DNA of 64,000 bases from Octopus vulgaris. Taxonomy: Eukaryota. Position 1 is the first letter of the stretch. Every line of letters begins with the position of its first letter. The stretch covers positions 28,520,001 through 28,584,000 of the forward strand of contig OX597830.1 of assembly GCA_951406725.2 (NCBI GenBank), read 5' to 3'. The translations under genes were made by a program, and so were the position numbers. This document shows positions 43,549 through 58,981 of this stretch, piece after piece. Under the pieces are notes generated by a model that saw only the letters and a list, made by a program, of their open reading frames with translations, searched no databases and had not been told where the DNA came from.

Positions 43549-44862
43549 TATATATATATATTGATTTCTCTCAACTCTCTCGATTTCTGTCTGTGTCTCT
43601 TACTCCAATTCTTTCAATGTGGACTCCAATAAAACAGCAAATAGAAAGTAAAAGAGCATGGTAGATAAGCTTGTGAATGTATAATGTATAGAGGTTAACT
43701 TAGTTAAGGAAGAAACATAGAAATTGTTAAAGAAAATTGCAATCAATATTAAACCAGGAAACGAAAGACGCTAACAATAATGAGTTCTAGTAAAAGCAGA
43801 AACCTGCATACGAACACACAAATATGCATACACACACAGAAACACACATATGTGTGTGTGTGTATATATATATATATGAAAACCAAAATAATTCAAATTC
43901 TGAGTGGAGATAATACTATTCGATGGGCTGCGCCAATAGCTTGTTTTTTTTTTTAATTTCCGACTTAGGACTGTTATTTATTAGCTATGTGCACACAAGA
44001 AAATTAAAGTTTAAAACGGTTCATCTATATAGGGCACTGCGTCATGCAAACCATTCCAGCTGTATTGGACAGACGAATATGACCTTGAGATGAAGAACCA
44101 CTCCACATAAAGAGCAAATGCGTTTCCCGCAATACAGACAAATTCCTCTCAGTGAACATATAGAAAAATGTGCAGATAACATCAAACCAAATTTAATACT
44201 CTTTCCTTTCTAACAGTGCAAAGATACAATTACTCCTGAAGAACGTTTAAATAAAGAAATTTTTATTCACCGAAAATACAGAACACGTCTTAAAATGCAC
44301 GCATAACCAACATTTATTTATTTACATATTTCAATTCACGATTATATCACTGTACACAAATCCCCTCACTAAACAAGTTTTTCGAAATGTTTTTGTGTGT
44401 ACATATATATTCCCCTACATTTACCGAAAATTGAACAGTTATCTCCCCTGCCAACAACAATAACAAAAATTACCTCCCATTATTTTTCTATTTTTGATGT
44501 CATTCAGTCTTAAATAGTATCACACACAACATAGACAAAAATTTCTTCTGAAGAGAATACATATTCAAATAAGTAGACCTTAATATCATGAATAGCGAAA
44601 GCGAAACCGGTCAATATATTAAAAATTATATTAAAACTATGTAAAGTGTGAGTGTTTTCCTTTTTTAATTCCTCATATATAGTAAAATTATCATTATCAT
44701 TATACATACATATAAAACTCAACCACATATTTACAAACACTGGAATGGTTTTTACTGAAAAATCCTCGTCATTTTGTTGGCGACTGGCTTAAACACTTCT
44801 CAGAACTGAAGTAAAGCTCAAAGAAAAGCATACAAACATAGATACTTACATCTGAATCTGTG

Positions 44863-44911
<49 letters not shown>

Positions 44912-45288
44912 CTGTGTGTGCACAGCGTATGCATGGGTTTAATGTGTAAGTAAAGAGCAATTTGAAAAAAAACACAGTAGTAAAATGTTTGAAAATAAAG
45001 AATTAGATTAGCGCTTTAGGGATATTGGTATATCATTGGATATCTTATGGATATTGGTATATCATTGTAAAAAGGCAGATCTAAGAATAGATGGATTGAG
45101 CTAGAGAGATAATCATTAAAAGCCCCAAAATGAACCAACTGTGAGAAACTAGGTAAGACTGATTTATGGTGAAGTTAGAAAACACAGAAGGTGCGGTTGC
45201 GAAGACTTAATCATATGACTGAAACAGTGTCTGGAAAATGACATTATGGTGAGTGGTTACTGGGTGAGATTAGTGTTTCTATATGTAC

Positions 45289-45512
45289 GAGCAGGCAGAC
45301 ACGTTAGCGCGCCGGGCGAAATGCTTAGCGGTATTTCGTCTGCCGTTACGTTCTGAGTTCAAATTCCGCCGAGGTCAACTTTGCCTTTCATCCTTTCGGG
45401 GTCGATAAATAAAGTACCAGTTTCGCACTGGATGCGATATAATCGACTCGATCCCTTCGTCTGTCCTTGTTTGTCCCCTCTATGTTTAGCCCCTTGTGGG
45501 CAGTAAAGAAAT
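45289..45512 (+). mobile_element. SINE family B (tail type 1) with 9-bp TSD
   Basis: Near-consensus copy; tatatgtac at 45280-45288 and 45514-45522. Confidence 0.9.
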
Positions 45513-45974
45513 ATATATGTACAAAAGTGTGCTTTGGACAACGATGACTTGGGGTATTGAGTGTGTATAATCTTTAAAGTGGGTGGTATGAAACTCTGTT
45601 TGAATGGTTGACGTTGGATGTGAGTGTGAGATGATAACGCTACTGGTGGGGGGGATGTGGAATGGCTGGGATTATGTGGAAGTTGTTATTGATGCGCGTA
45701 CAACTATGTAACAAAAGTACATATGGGTAGAAGAACGGTTTTTAACAAGACAAGATGGTTTAAATGAAATTTGAACAAAAAATGGGAAGATGTATGAATA
45801 CTGTGAAGAGAATAACAGTCAGACTGGCTCACACACACATACATACATACATACACACATGCATACATACATGCATGCTTGCATGAATGTATGCATACAT
45901 ACATACATATGTACATATATACATACATACATACTTACATACATACATACACACAGAGACACATATCTATATAA

Positions 45975-46044
<70 letters not shown>

Positions 46045-46121
46045 GTGTGTGTGTGTGTGTGTGTGTATAAACGGTGGTGCATTAGCATGGCTGCAGGTCC
46101 GAGTTGAAACTAGAGAGAAAA

Positions 46122-46156
<35 letters not shown>

Positions 46157-46163
46157 TATATAT

Positions 46164-46213
<50 letters not shown>

Positions 46214-46233
46214 TCATATACATAAATATATTC

Positions 46234-46344
<111 letters not shown>

Positions 46345-47039
46345 TGTGTATACATACTTACGTATAGACCTGTATGGATACTTACGTTTTTATACATGCT
46401 TTCATACAGATATAGCTTACTAAGTTTAACGATCTTAGCATGTGTCGATGATTCGTGTTTAGATGTTTATTTTCATAACAAGACACCATGCAGATTGATG
46501 TTGCTGTGGTTTGTTTTGTGCGTATATTTTTTTCGGTAAAAATATCCACGTTTCTAATTAGTTTGTCTAATGAATTTAGCATCTATATCAATTTACCCAT
46601 TGTCTTTAAAAGAGTGAGGTCAAATTGACGTAATTCTCCGTTCAGAAAGCCACGATTGTCTTGAATGTCTCTAATTTTTTGCGTTTCCTTGGTGGAAACG
46701 ACAAGCTAACTAAAGATAATAATACGAAACAAAAATAATAATAATTAGAAACAGAAACAAAAAAGTATTAACAATATTAATAATAACTAGAATAATATAA
46801 ATAATAATAGCAAAATAAAAAAAAATACGAAGTTTATTTTGAAAATGTCTTTGCTTTTGACATAAGCAACAACGGATGTAATTAGTAACTTGACTCTTAA
46901 ATAAGTTGTATTTCAATTTTCGACATCAGCAGTTATTTCTAGTGACGAAAAACTGCACCATTGAAGACAGAAATTTCAAAACGGAATATCTATCGCTCCT
47001 CTGTACATGCCTGTTTTTTTTTCCTCTCTCGATCTCTAC

Positions 47040-47368
47040 CTATCTGCCTGTCCATCTGTCTGTCTGTGTATCTGTCTGTTTGTCTATCTGAGTCTGTCTA
47101 TCTCTCTGTTTGTCTCTCTATCTGTCTGTCTATCTGTCTGTCTGTCTATCTGTCTAATTGTCTGTCTATCTGTCTGTCTGTCTATCTGTCTGTCTGTCTA
47201 TCTGTCTGTCTGTCTATCTGTCTGTCTATCTCCCTGTCTGATTTCTGTCTGTCAGTCTGTCTGTCTATCTGTCTGTTTGTCTATCTGTCTAAATGTCTGT
47301 CTATCTGTCTGTCTGTCTATGTGTCTGTCTGTCTACCTGTCTGTCTGTCTATCTCCCTGTATGTCTAC

Positions 47369-47402
<34 letters not shown>

Positions 47403-47500
47403 CCCTGTCTGATTTCTGTCTGTCAGTCTGTCTGTCTATCTCTCTGTCTTTCTCTCAGTCTATCTCTCAGTCTGTTTGTCTGTCTGTCTATCTCCCTGTC
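47040..47500. repeat. Degenerate (TCTG/TCTA)n array with internal duplication
   Basis: tccctgtctgatttctgtctgtcagtctg occurs at about 47230 and 47402. Confidence 0.9.
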
Positions 47501-47935
47501 TTTGTGTGCCTGTATGTCACGCTGTGTGTTTGTGCTTGCATTCATGACAGCGTGTGTGTTGTGCGCATTGAATGATGAATGAATGTCGAGGATCAGTAGC
47601 TGTTTATTTCCGTAGTGTGCGTGTATTTGTGTTCCACCGGGGCCGCAAGAGAGAGCAATTGAGACTATCCAGCTACTCAACTGCCTGTCGAGGGTTGTAA
47701 GTGTGACGATTGGAAGATCGAATACACATAAGTCAGTTATGGGACGGGATTCCATACACATGGTCAAAAATTACACCAGATTCTACAACTAAGGGGCGGA
47801 TCTACATGATACCAATTTGGTTCCACAGTTTTCTTAACTAGTTAATATACACTCACACAATTTGCACACACACAAACACACACACACAACACACACACAC
47901 ACACACACACACTCATACACACACATATATGTGAT

Positions 47936-48080
47936 CGCAGGCGTGGCTGTGTGATAAGAATTTTGCTTAGGTAAGTGTCTTCTACTACAACCTCGGGCTA
48001 ACCAAATACTTGCGAGTGGATTTGGTAGAAGGAAATTGAAAGAAGCCCGTTGTATATATATATTTGTATATATATATTTG

Positions 48081-48139
<59 letters not shown>

Positions 48140-48320
48140 GTGTGTTTGTCCCGCCATCGCTGATGTCCCTGTGAGTTAGCGGTTCGCTAAAAGACTCATA
48201 GAATATGTACTGGCATGACAAACAATAAGTCCTGGGCTTGATTCTTCGGCTGAAACTCCTTAAGGCGGTGCTCCAGCATGGCAGCAGTTAAATGACTGAA
48301 ACAAATAAAAGAACAAAAGT
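47936..48320 (+). mobile_element. SINE family A with internal deletions
   Basis: Head gcaggcgtggctgtgtg; B-box region deleted; tail present. Confidence 0.8.
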
Positions 48321-48332
48321 ATAGCAGAATAT

Positions 48333-48415
<83 letters not shown>

Positions 48416-48443
48416 AGATAAGGGGTGAGACACCAGTCAAGAA

Positions 48444-48481
<38 letters not shown>

Positions 48482-48607
48482 GAGAAAGAGAATGACGGGC
48501 TGACAGACATATATACATGTGTGTGTGTGTGTGCGCGCGTGTTACTTTCTTTGTTCTATGAGTCTGTTTGCTGATACAAGTGTGTGTGTATGTGTGTACA
48601 CACACTC

Positions 48608-48651
<44 letters not shown>

Positions 48652-48664
48652 ATATATACTTATG

Positions 48665-48721
<57 letters not shown>

Positions 48722-49305
48722 GTATACGTATATGTGTGTAGAAGATATTTGTATTGTTTTATTTCACTTTACTTTATTTTATTTTTATTTAAAAGAAACG
48801 TTTTTCTGAAGTCTTTGTTCTTATTTACAAACGTTTGATAGGTTGAAGAAAAAACTATATCGTTAATTGTCAAAACAAAGATTATTTACAAAAGCATTCG
48901 TAGTCAGGAATGTAAATATGAATAACCTCAGCTATGCATCAACGCCAACACCAATCTCAAAGTTATTGTAACGTGTGACTAAGTCACTGCATCGCCCTCC
49001 CCTTCTTCTACCGCTACTCCACTACAAAATAAATAGTACCCCTATCGCAGTTACAGACGTTTTTCACTACATTTACAGACATAACATAACTAGCGACGCA
49101 ACAGCAATGCCAATCTGTAACCGTTATCGACACCCATGATTGGCTTACGATAGCACTAGTCCACCATTTCTTTCCATTAAATCACTACGCTTCCTCCAGG
49201 TATCGATACAATTATCTATCGATACATTAGTCACTCATTTACATTTAACGCATTTCTGATACGACAATATGACTGTATGGTTTCTGCAAATGTCATTGCT
49301 GCTAT

Positions 49306-49308
<3 letters not shown>

Positions 49309-49379
<71 letters not shown>

Positions 49380-49405
49380 GTAATAATAATAATAATAATT
49401 ATAAT

Positions 49406-49494
<89 letters not shown>

Positions 49495-49501
49495 TAATAA
49501 T
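49309..49501. repeat. Long (AAT)n microsatellite
   Basis: Direct reading. Further compound (TAC)n(TGC)n(AAT)n at 49876-49981 and (AAT)n at 50286-50371. Confidence 0.97.
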
Positions 49502-49875
49502 CTTAACTGATTGGTAGTGTTATCATGTACATTGTTTAGTCTTGGTGTAAAAGATGGGTTTGAATTCTTTGATTCTTTGGGGTTTGAATAATTCACCTCT
49601 AAAAACATGGGTGTTTCGTTCAACATCCTTAAACAATCCTTACTCAGGGACTTTTGAGCGACATGGGCTACTCGACCAGAAGAAAATTCTAACTGGGCCC
49701 CACCTGCAAGGTCATGTGCTGTTTATTTTGATTTGAGATCACTATGTCGCGCACATATGGTTGTGATGCATGTGCCTAGCGTACATTTATCAGACGGGTA
49801 GTCGTAAATGGTATACTGGGCTTCGTATATTTACTCCAGTGTCACTTTGATGGCATGCACTGCTCTCTCACTCAA

Positions 49876-49942
<67 letters not shown>

Positions 49943-49986
49943 ACTACTACTAATGATAATAATAATAATAATAATAATAATAGTCG

Positions 49987-50268
49987 TTTCTTCTATATGC
50001 ACAAGCACTGAAAATTTGTATGTGGGCTGGGGGCTTGTATGTGTGTGAGTTTATGTGTGTTTGGGAGGTTGGAGGCTAGTCGATTACATCGACCCGCCCT
50101 CAAGGGCTTAGCTAGTACTCTTTTATTCATTTGAAAAGGATGAACAGTGAAGTAGACCTCGGAGGAATTGAAATTCAGTATGTAAAGACGAATGAAATGC
50201 AGCTACATATAAAGACGGACGAAATGCTGCTAAGCATTTTTCCCGGCATGCCAACGATTCTGCCAGCT
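49987..50268 (-). mobile_element. SINE family B (tail type 2) between (AAT)n arrays
   Basis: Tail tttcttctatatgcacaagcactgaaaattt, body tagtcgattacatcgacc, head acgattctgccagct. Confidence 0.75.
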
Positions 50269-50284
50269 TAATAATAAAAATATC

Positions 50285-50352
<68 letters not shown>

Positions 50353-51759
50353 CAACAACAACAATAATAATAGGCTCTCGACGGCTAGAGATTTGTTGAA
50401 AATGTCGTCGCTCTTGCCCGTCACTAATCCCCTACAGAACCCCAAGTTCGAACTTTCATCGACTACATTGCCCACCGGACAGAGGGCTACAGTTATTAGG
50501 CGCTCTGTCTCGGTCTACGCTTGATCGTTGATCGCAGCCCCATCAATGAAGCGGTAAATTCTATTTGACAAATCTTGGCGAGGACAATGTTCACCGTCAT
50601 TCCTCCAGGTTTGATTCAAGGATGTACCAGTAAAGCCTTGGTGTTTGATACAATTCTCTGTATTCCCAAAATGAATTGAAATACTAGGCAGGTGAACCGT
50701 TAGAGACACGAAGCGAAGCTTTCTGTTCTTTTTTGAGATTCACAAAAGAAGTTTGTCACTATGATATCTGTTCAGTATTTATCACCTCCATAATAGTTTT
50801 CTATCAAAATTGCTCTATTTCATTTGAATCATAGAGACTTTCATCGACACACATTTCATCTGACAAATAGCGGCCACATCTGTCCATCGTCAAGAGTCGG
50901 AACAAACACACAAGGCATTTTATGCGACGCTCTAACGATTCTGCCAAACCAGCGCAGTGCTCTTTTCAATATTATTTCCTCATACGCGCAATGTTAGGAA
51001 TTCTGAAGGTAGGGTGTTAGTTGATTACCACCTTACTTGACTCGTAGCTAATTTTATCGATCCTGTAAGGGTGAGAGACATGGCTCACTCAGGCGGGATT
51101 TACGATCAGGTCCGAAAGTTCCGCAACTGAGTACCACAAAGAATTTCATCTGACGCTCTAACGTTTCTGTTTTTCACTTCTTTCTAACATACACAAGTCC
51201 TGAAATTTAAGGAAACAAGGTAGTCAACTATATTGACGGAAGAAATTAGATAAGTGCTTGAGTAAGGATCTTGGTTTATTATATTGACACAAGTACTTGT
51301 TCGTGAAAAGAAAGAAAGCAAAGTTGATCTTGCCCGGAACTTAGATCGTAAATATCTGCAAGAAGTTGCCCCAACGCACGTTATCCAATGTTTCAACAAC
51401 TCTTTAAGCAACAGAACACCCAACAATCAAGAAGCCGCCAACGTGGCCGATAAAACAGCTGAAATAGCAGGCAAATATTCTACATGTGAAATCGTATCGA
51501 CTTCAGAATAATAGCGATCTATATACCCTAAAAAGCTCAGGTTATCATAGCTCTGTGAGGTTTTTTTAAAATTATATCCTCCCTCAATAACCGCAAGTAT
51601 GATTTCTTCAACATAAGCCGACACCACCACCACAGCTACCACCATCACCACCAACATCACATTCCACCACCACCACCACATTCCACCACGACCGCTATAT
51701 TCCACCAACACCACTACCACCATCACCACCACAACCTCCACCACATTCCACCACCAGAC

Positions 51760-51963
51760 AAACACAGACACACAAACACACACACACACACATAAATATA
51801 CATATATACAATGGGCTTCTTTCAGTTTCCGTCTACCAAACCCACTCAGAAGGCTTTCGTCGGCCCGATGCTATAGTACAAGACACTTGCCCAAGGTGCC
51901 ACGCAGTAGGACTGAACGTGGTTTCTAAGCAAGCCACTTGCCACACAGCCGCTCCTGTGCCTA
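51760..51963 (-). mobile_element. SINE family A 5' half
   Basis: gggcttctttcagtttccgtctacc...cacagccgctcctgtgccta. Confidence 0.82.
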
Positions 51964-54057
51964 AAATATATATTTTTTATTATTAAGTTTTGTATTTTCT
52001 ATTTCATTGAATAAGCTTTGAGATGTATGTCTGCAGCGTATAGTTGTATTATTTTTTATATTTTCTCTCTTCCGAATATTTGACGATCTTGTGATTTAAT
52101 TCATGTATTAGTCTGCATATTTTTTATTAAATAATTCCCAAGGCATCTATAATTATATCAATTTTTTTTTTCTATTTTCTGTCCCTTCGTTCTGCTTGTC
52201 TGTTTCTAGATCTTTGTATTTAATTAATATCTCGATTTATCTCACAGATAGGTTATTGTATGTTGAGTCTGCTATGTCAATTAGGAAATATCTCCTCTCC
52301 TGGTAGTCATTACTAATAATATCCAGTAAAATATCCTTGGTCTACTTGACCATGTTAATTGAGGTTATCTTATAGCATGTTCGCTTTGTCATTCTTTGTG
52401 ACTTATGGCCGAGATAGAGGCGCTGGTCTGCAATATGCGTACTGGTTCTATACGTTCTGATACCAAATTTTGCTGAGATCAAATTTACCACTTTTTCCTC
52501 CAGGTTTGATACAGTAAAGTACCAGTCAAGCAGTTCCACTGTTCACTGGATTCTCAAAGCGAATTGTAATATTAGTTTGGCGAACGGTTAGAGTCAAGAA
52601 GTAAAACTCTCTGCAGTGTCTTTTTCGAGACTTGCAGAAAAAAAATATCACTATGATCTCTGTTCAGCACTTAACGCTTACTTAAATTTTTCTTTCAAAG
52701 GTTTTCTATCTATTTCATTTGAATTGTAGAAGCTTCCATCGACACACACTCCATCTACTCTGTCATAGAGTATGACTCAGTTATGAAATCATAGATCTTT
52801 CTCTGTACATAGTTACCAACAGGCTGTTTCTAACTAAATATGCATTCTTAGTTAGAAGAAAACACCTTTCATGACCCTCAAATATTCTGGAAGTCAACCT
52901 TAAACTTATCCTTTTAAACACGTCATGTGAGAATGGAACATTGGCTTTTTATAACACCTTTTTATAACACGGCAAATCATCTTTATTGTCTCTCTTTAAC
53001 AATGGCACCTAGACAGTTTTTGTAGGAACAATTATTGCGCAAATAATTCCTTACTATTGTTTATATACTTTCACAACCAGCTCTGCTCCAATAGCATACT
53101 CAGAGAAGGGCATTGTAATTTGCTGTACTGTACAGTACCTCCTTAAAGAGTTACTTGCAAAACTCTTGGTAAAATTTTGCCTATACTCAGTCATGTGGGT
53201 AAACACAATTTATGGATTAGTCAGAACTGTCCCAAAGAGAACTACAGAAACAAGAAACGCATCACCCTCACATCACCTCACGCATCACCCTGGTAATACC
53301 CTTGTCAAGCCTAATTAAAAGTTAGATTCACGTACTGCTCCTATATATACATTGTCAATGTAATCACAAACAGAAATATTCAATCAAACTGCTCCTACTG
53401 TCTCTATTTCCCCTCAGTAACTCTTTCATCTTTTACGGCTGCCTGTATTGTTATATGTCTTGTTATAATTGCTACGGTTTTCCGTGTCTGGGTTCACATA
53501 ATGGGGAGTCAAATTTGCCGTTCATCATTTCGAAGCCTATAAATAAAATTCCCGTTGAAAATTATGTATTTCGAGTGAATTGAGTTAGAATTTTAGAGTT
53601 TTGGAATATGAATCCGGCCTCTTTTATTATGATATCAAGTTCTGCCAAGGTACCAATTGAATACCAGACATGAAATCAGAAAACCAATCTGTAACTGACC
53701 TGCCAAGTGTTGTAGACATAGAAACGGTAAAAATAATTCGGCGATGGAATGAGGAAGCTTCATCCCAGAGTGCGTCAAATACGGCATACTTCCAAATTTC
53801 ATCAGTTTCTCTTTATCTCACCACGATTACACCCTCACACATGGTAGATCCTGCATTAAAATATTTCTCCTCATCCTTTCAACTTACAACTACGACATTC
53901 TTGAATTCGTCAGCTGCATCGATTTCACTAATTCTTCGTGACAAATTTTGTTATGACTGTCGTTTGATTCTTGCTCAGCTGTGATGCAGAAACTCTACAC
54001 GTATATTATTTCATACATTATTTCAGTTGCAGATATCTTGTCTATTGCAATAATTTA

Positions 54058-54500
54058 TCTTTTGCTTGTCTTAGTCATCAGATTGCGGCCATGCTGGGGA
54101 ACCGCCTTGAAAAATTTTGGTCAAACGAATCGACACCAAGACTATTTTTGTTGAAACCTGGCACTTATATTATTAGTCTCTTTAACCGAACCACTAAGTT
54201 ACGAGAATGTAAACCCACTACCACGGGTTGTCAAGCAGTGGTAGAAGATAAACACAGACACAAAGAACCCTTCAAATACACACACGCGCGCAAACGCACA
54301 CGTTGGTATACACATGCATACATAGGTACGTACATACGACGGGCTCCTTTCAGTTTCCGTCAACCAAATCCACTCACGTGGCTTTGGTCAGCCCGAGTCT
54401 ATAGTAGAAGATACTTGCCCAAGTAGCCACGCAGTGGGACTAAGCCCAGACCCATGTGAGTGATAAGTTGACATCTTACCGCACAGCCAACCCTGCATCT
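54058..54500 (-). mobile_element. SINE family A, diverged
   Basis: Reverse-complement match from tail to head. Confidence 0.8.
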
Positions 54501-55575
54501 ATATCAGAAATATGGACCTCAGTTGGGTAAGACAATGCATTGGGACAGTAAAGCCATTTGGATATTTTTAAACAATGCACATTTCCGGGGATAGTGTTCA
54601 ATAGTCACGTTAACGTTATGAACTAAGTCGAAGGACGAGTGAAAGAGCAAGATTAGGGTAACAATGCAGAGGTATATTCAGAGCATCACATTAAAGGACA
54701 ATTTCAATAATCAGATTAATATACTTGGAATTACGAAACTCGCTTACGTAGAAAAAACATTGGCAGTAACGAGCCCACTTCTGGTTAAGTACAAAGAATG
54801 TAGAAGATATAGTTACAAAGACATTCCCTACTCATAGTGGATTAATGTGAAAATTTTGATCATATACCCAACTCAGAAAACGCATGTGTTTTAAGCACCA
54901 GTTGACGAAAATGAGCATTTATAACAACTGAACTGTACTTGGTGAGAAGAGAACCTGGTGAGATCTGAAATGGAACGCCTTGTTTTAAGACACAACGCGC
55001 ACGCAGATCAAGAATCTAACTCACCACCTCAATATTATGAGCTCAAACACTAACCACGAGACCACGCACATTCACCTCTCACTATATTTCACTACAACGA
55101 AAGAGAAAATATATACTAGAGACACTTTGTACGAATAGGTAAAACATAGGGATAAGATGTCTCATCTTAACAAAACAGTAAAATATAATATAGTTACTCC
55201 CCAATACTAGCATTGACAAAACGAGTTTGAGATTCAGTGAAAGATGGAGGAAATCTTTAACAAATGAATATAAAATTAATAGATAGCGGTGTTAGCAAGG
55301 AATTAAGTTAGAAAGCCGAGTTCAAAATGGATAAATATTGAGAATATATGAAGTGTATTAATAGTATTTATGTTATATAACTCAAAGAAGTAATGGATTT
55401 AAAATGTAATTATTAAGATATTTCTTTTAAAATATCTATAGTCATTTTATTGACATATTTATAGAAATATTCGGGTTGAAGCAATAATTTCTGCTGCTGG
55501 ATGAAAATACGACAGACAGTATACCAGAAAATGATATAGATTATTCATACAGACTAACAACAGAAACAGACACAG

Positions 55576-55617
<42 letters not shown>

Positions 55618-55723
55618 GTACTTATGTATGTATGTCTCCATACACAAACGTTTACTTTCGCATTTGTGTAAACAATACTAACCATACACATGCATACACC
55701 AACACAAAAGTACTTAGCAGATA

Positions 55724-55815
<92 letters not shown>

Positions 55816-55952
55816 CATATGTGCTGATTAATATTATAAGTGTGCGTGTATATCTGTGTGTATATCCCTGTATAATTGTGTATGATAGTGTACTAAAACC
55901 TAATGTATAAATTTGTTTAATATTCTATAATTACGTAAAGTCTATAGTTATA

Positions 55953-55987
<35 letters not shown>

Positions 55988-56303
55988 CTCGTCGAAGTGA
56001 GTGTATTGTTGTCGATTTCTATGTGTTGGTTTCTAGGATTTTATATCTAAAATCGCCTATAATTGCTTCGATACATTTTTCGCTAGCTCCTCACTCTCCA
56101 TCTCCCTTCCTGTCCTACCCTTTACCACACTCTCATTTTTGTTCTTCTGTGCGTGTGTATGCATGTGTGTGTGCATGTGTATGTGTGTCTGTGTGGTTAT
56201 ACCTGTGCGAATGTGCGTGTCTCTCAGTGTATAACTACGCATATTTATACATGTAAAGATACAGGCTGAGATATATACACATACCCGTATATATAAATAT
56301 ATG

Positions 56304-56388
<85 letters not shown>

Positions 56389-56997
56389 GTGGGTGCGCGC
56401 GCGTGTGTGTGTGTAATTGCAGACAAATCTAATTGAATATGAAGAAGAAAAAGATTGAGGTTTTAAATTTCGATAGAGCTTATATCTAACCATCTAACTC
56501 ATTTTGTAATATACTTACTGGGCACAAAATGTTTCAGAAATAGATTGAAATATGTTATGTTACAAAACAAATAGACCTACACACACGTGCGCGGGCACAC
56601 ACACACACACACACACACACACATTCACACAAACAACACACGCACACTCAGAGAAAATGGGAAAATTGTATCAGGCAAAAAGTAAAGAATTCAAAAGATT
56701 AAAAAGAAAATAGAGTAGGGAAGAAACGGGGAGGAATGAAAACGCAAAATATTAGAAGAAAAAAATGAAGAAGGAAATAAACGTATGAAAACAAGAGGAT
56801 GCAAATAATAATAAAAGAAAAACAAAAACAATAAATGTTTAGATAATTCTGAAATGAAATATAGGAGATGTAATCACCTGTAAATAAAAGTCTGACCAAC
56901 TAATTTTTTTCTGTATCTTCGGCCAGGAAAGTATGTGAACTACATATGCCTTGTTCAGCTGCAATAATTAATCTGGAATATATAATATGTATGTATT

Positions 56998-57189
56998 CGC
57001 CATGATAGATCGGTAGCCACTACACAGATTTTTTGTCTCTCCTTGTTTCTTTCTGTATTCCTTTCTGTGGAAGAGCGTAGGCTCGAAACGTAAAAGGCTT
57101 TTTTCAATTCGCGAGATTATACTAATACACCTGGGTTTTTTTCTACTACACCACCTGTCTTCGTGTTTTGTTTTTTTCGTGAATTATCT

Positions 57190-57193
<4 letters not shown>
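56998..57193 (+). mobile_element. Family H short copy with hammerhead motif
   Basis: ccttt-CTGTGGA-a-gagc-gtag-gctc-GAAA-cg-TA-aaagg at 57060-57097; ends ctccc(TA)n. Confidence 0.8.
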
Positions 57194-57243
<50 letters not shown>

Positions 57244-57246
57244 ATG

Positions 57247-57284
<38 letters not shown>

Positions 57285-57289
<5 letters not shown>

Positions 57290-57378
57290 GTAAATGTATC
57301 ATGTGACAATTATTCGATCCGAAAATCGGAGTTTTATCTTGGCTACCGAATAATTGTCACATAATACATTTACAGATA
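57285..57378. repeat. 32-bp inverted repeat hairpin
   Basis: Arms 57285-57316 and 57347-57378 pair at 31 of 32 positions. Confidence 0.85.
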
Positions 57379-57439
57379 AATTCCTGTTTACATAATATCG
57401 AGGTCTCTTTCGTTTTTTGTTATCTTACCGTTTTTATCA

Positions 57440-57531
<92 letters not shown>

Positions 57532-58830
57532 GTATGTATGTATGTATTAAAATAAGAGCACATAATAATTTCTTGCCATTAAGACACGTGGTTAGGCAGA
57601 TCTTTATAACGTTCCTTGTGTTTCAAGGCTACGAAACTATTAGTAGGTGTTACTTCAGTACACCGTGCATTAAATGATATTTATTCCTCTCTGTTTGCAA
57701 TTTTATTGATCCTATCTGAACGAAACAGCAAACTGCAAACTTTCGCGTGTGAACGTGATTGTGTGTGTCCGTGTATGTGTGCAAGTATGTTTGAATATAC
57801 GCATATATGCAGACATATATTTACACGTGTGGATCTATATCTATGTCTCTGTATATGTGTATATATATATATACATGTGTGTGTGTGTATATGTATCTGT
57901 GTATTTATGTCCATGCGTTATTCTGTGTCCAAGCACACTCTACCTCACCCCTCTCATGTTTGCACATTTGCACTCGCATGCACACACATGCTTGTAAGCA
58001 TATGCATATGCGTGTATATATATACATATATATGTTTGAGTGTGTATGCGTTTATGTATCTATAGATAGACAGACAGACAAACATACAGCGAGATAGACA
58101 AATAGTTAGATATATAGGCAGCATGCTGCATTTTGTCCTTTTTTTATGTCTTGTGTTCAAATTCTGCCTTGGTCGACTTTTCATTTCATCGAAAAAATAA
58201 ATACTATTCTAGCAATGAGACCGATGCAATAGACTTACTCCTTCCCTCTGGATATGCTGATCTCATGCCATAACGTAAAATCAGTATACTTCGGTTATAA
58301 AGCAAAAGAACATTTGGGGGGTCGAGAAAGATTGCCTTAGTGCATCTGTGACGGTTCTTTGTATTCTGACAGCAACACCAGGGACAAGGCTTGTGTCAAC
58401 AAGTAGTAGCCGAGAATGGCGATTTAAGCTATATATAAGCACCGGTGTGAAGGTGACGGACATTCCATTCACGCTGGCTGGTTTTGTTTTTGAGGAAGAA
58501 AATTTATTTTACGTTGCTACAATCCACTAAACTTGTAGAAAAGGGGTGGAACCTCTAATTCAAAGGGCGAATGTTTTCACAGACTCTTTGATACAGAATC
58601 TCTCTAAGAATTACGAAAAGTGTACCATGTCTGTGAAGTGATAAGACACTCGCACGTTAATTTCACTAGCAGGATGTTCCGTTGATCAGATTATTTGGAA
58701 CACTCGTTAGCGTAACCGACGGAGTGCCAAGCAAAAGATCTGTGAATTTGAATGGATGAATGGCGTGCATGAGGCTTCACTCTGTCTGTGTCAAAACAGA
58801 GAGTGTGGAGAAAGAGAGAGACATACTGTA

Positions 58831-58910
<80 letters not shown>

Positions 58911-58933
58911 CATACATACATATATATGTATAT

Positions 58934-58981
<48 letters not shown>

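Noticed and set aside
46961-47582. 204-aa and 191-aa Cys/Leu/Ser-rich ORFs
   Set aside because: Translations of the (TCTG/TCTA)n array.
52800-53990. Possible decayed CR1/L2 3' fragments
   Set aside because: Motifs are too degenerate to call by eye.
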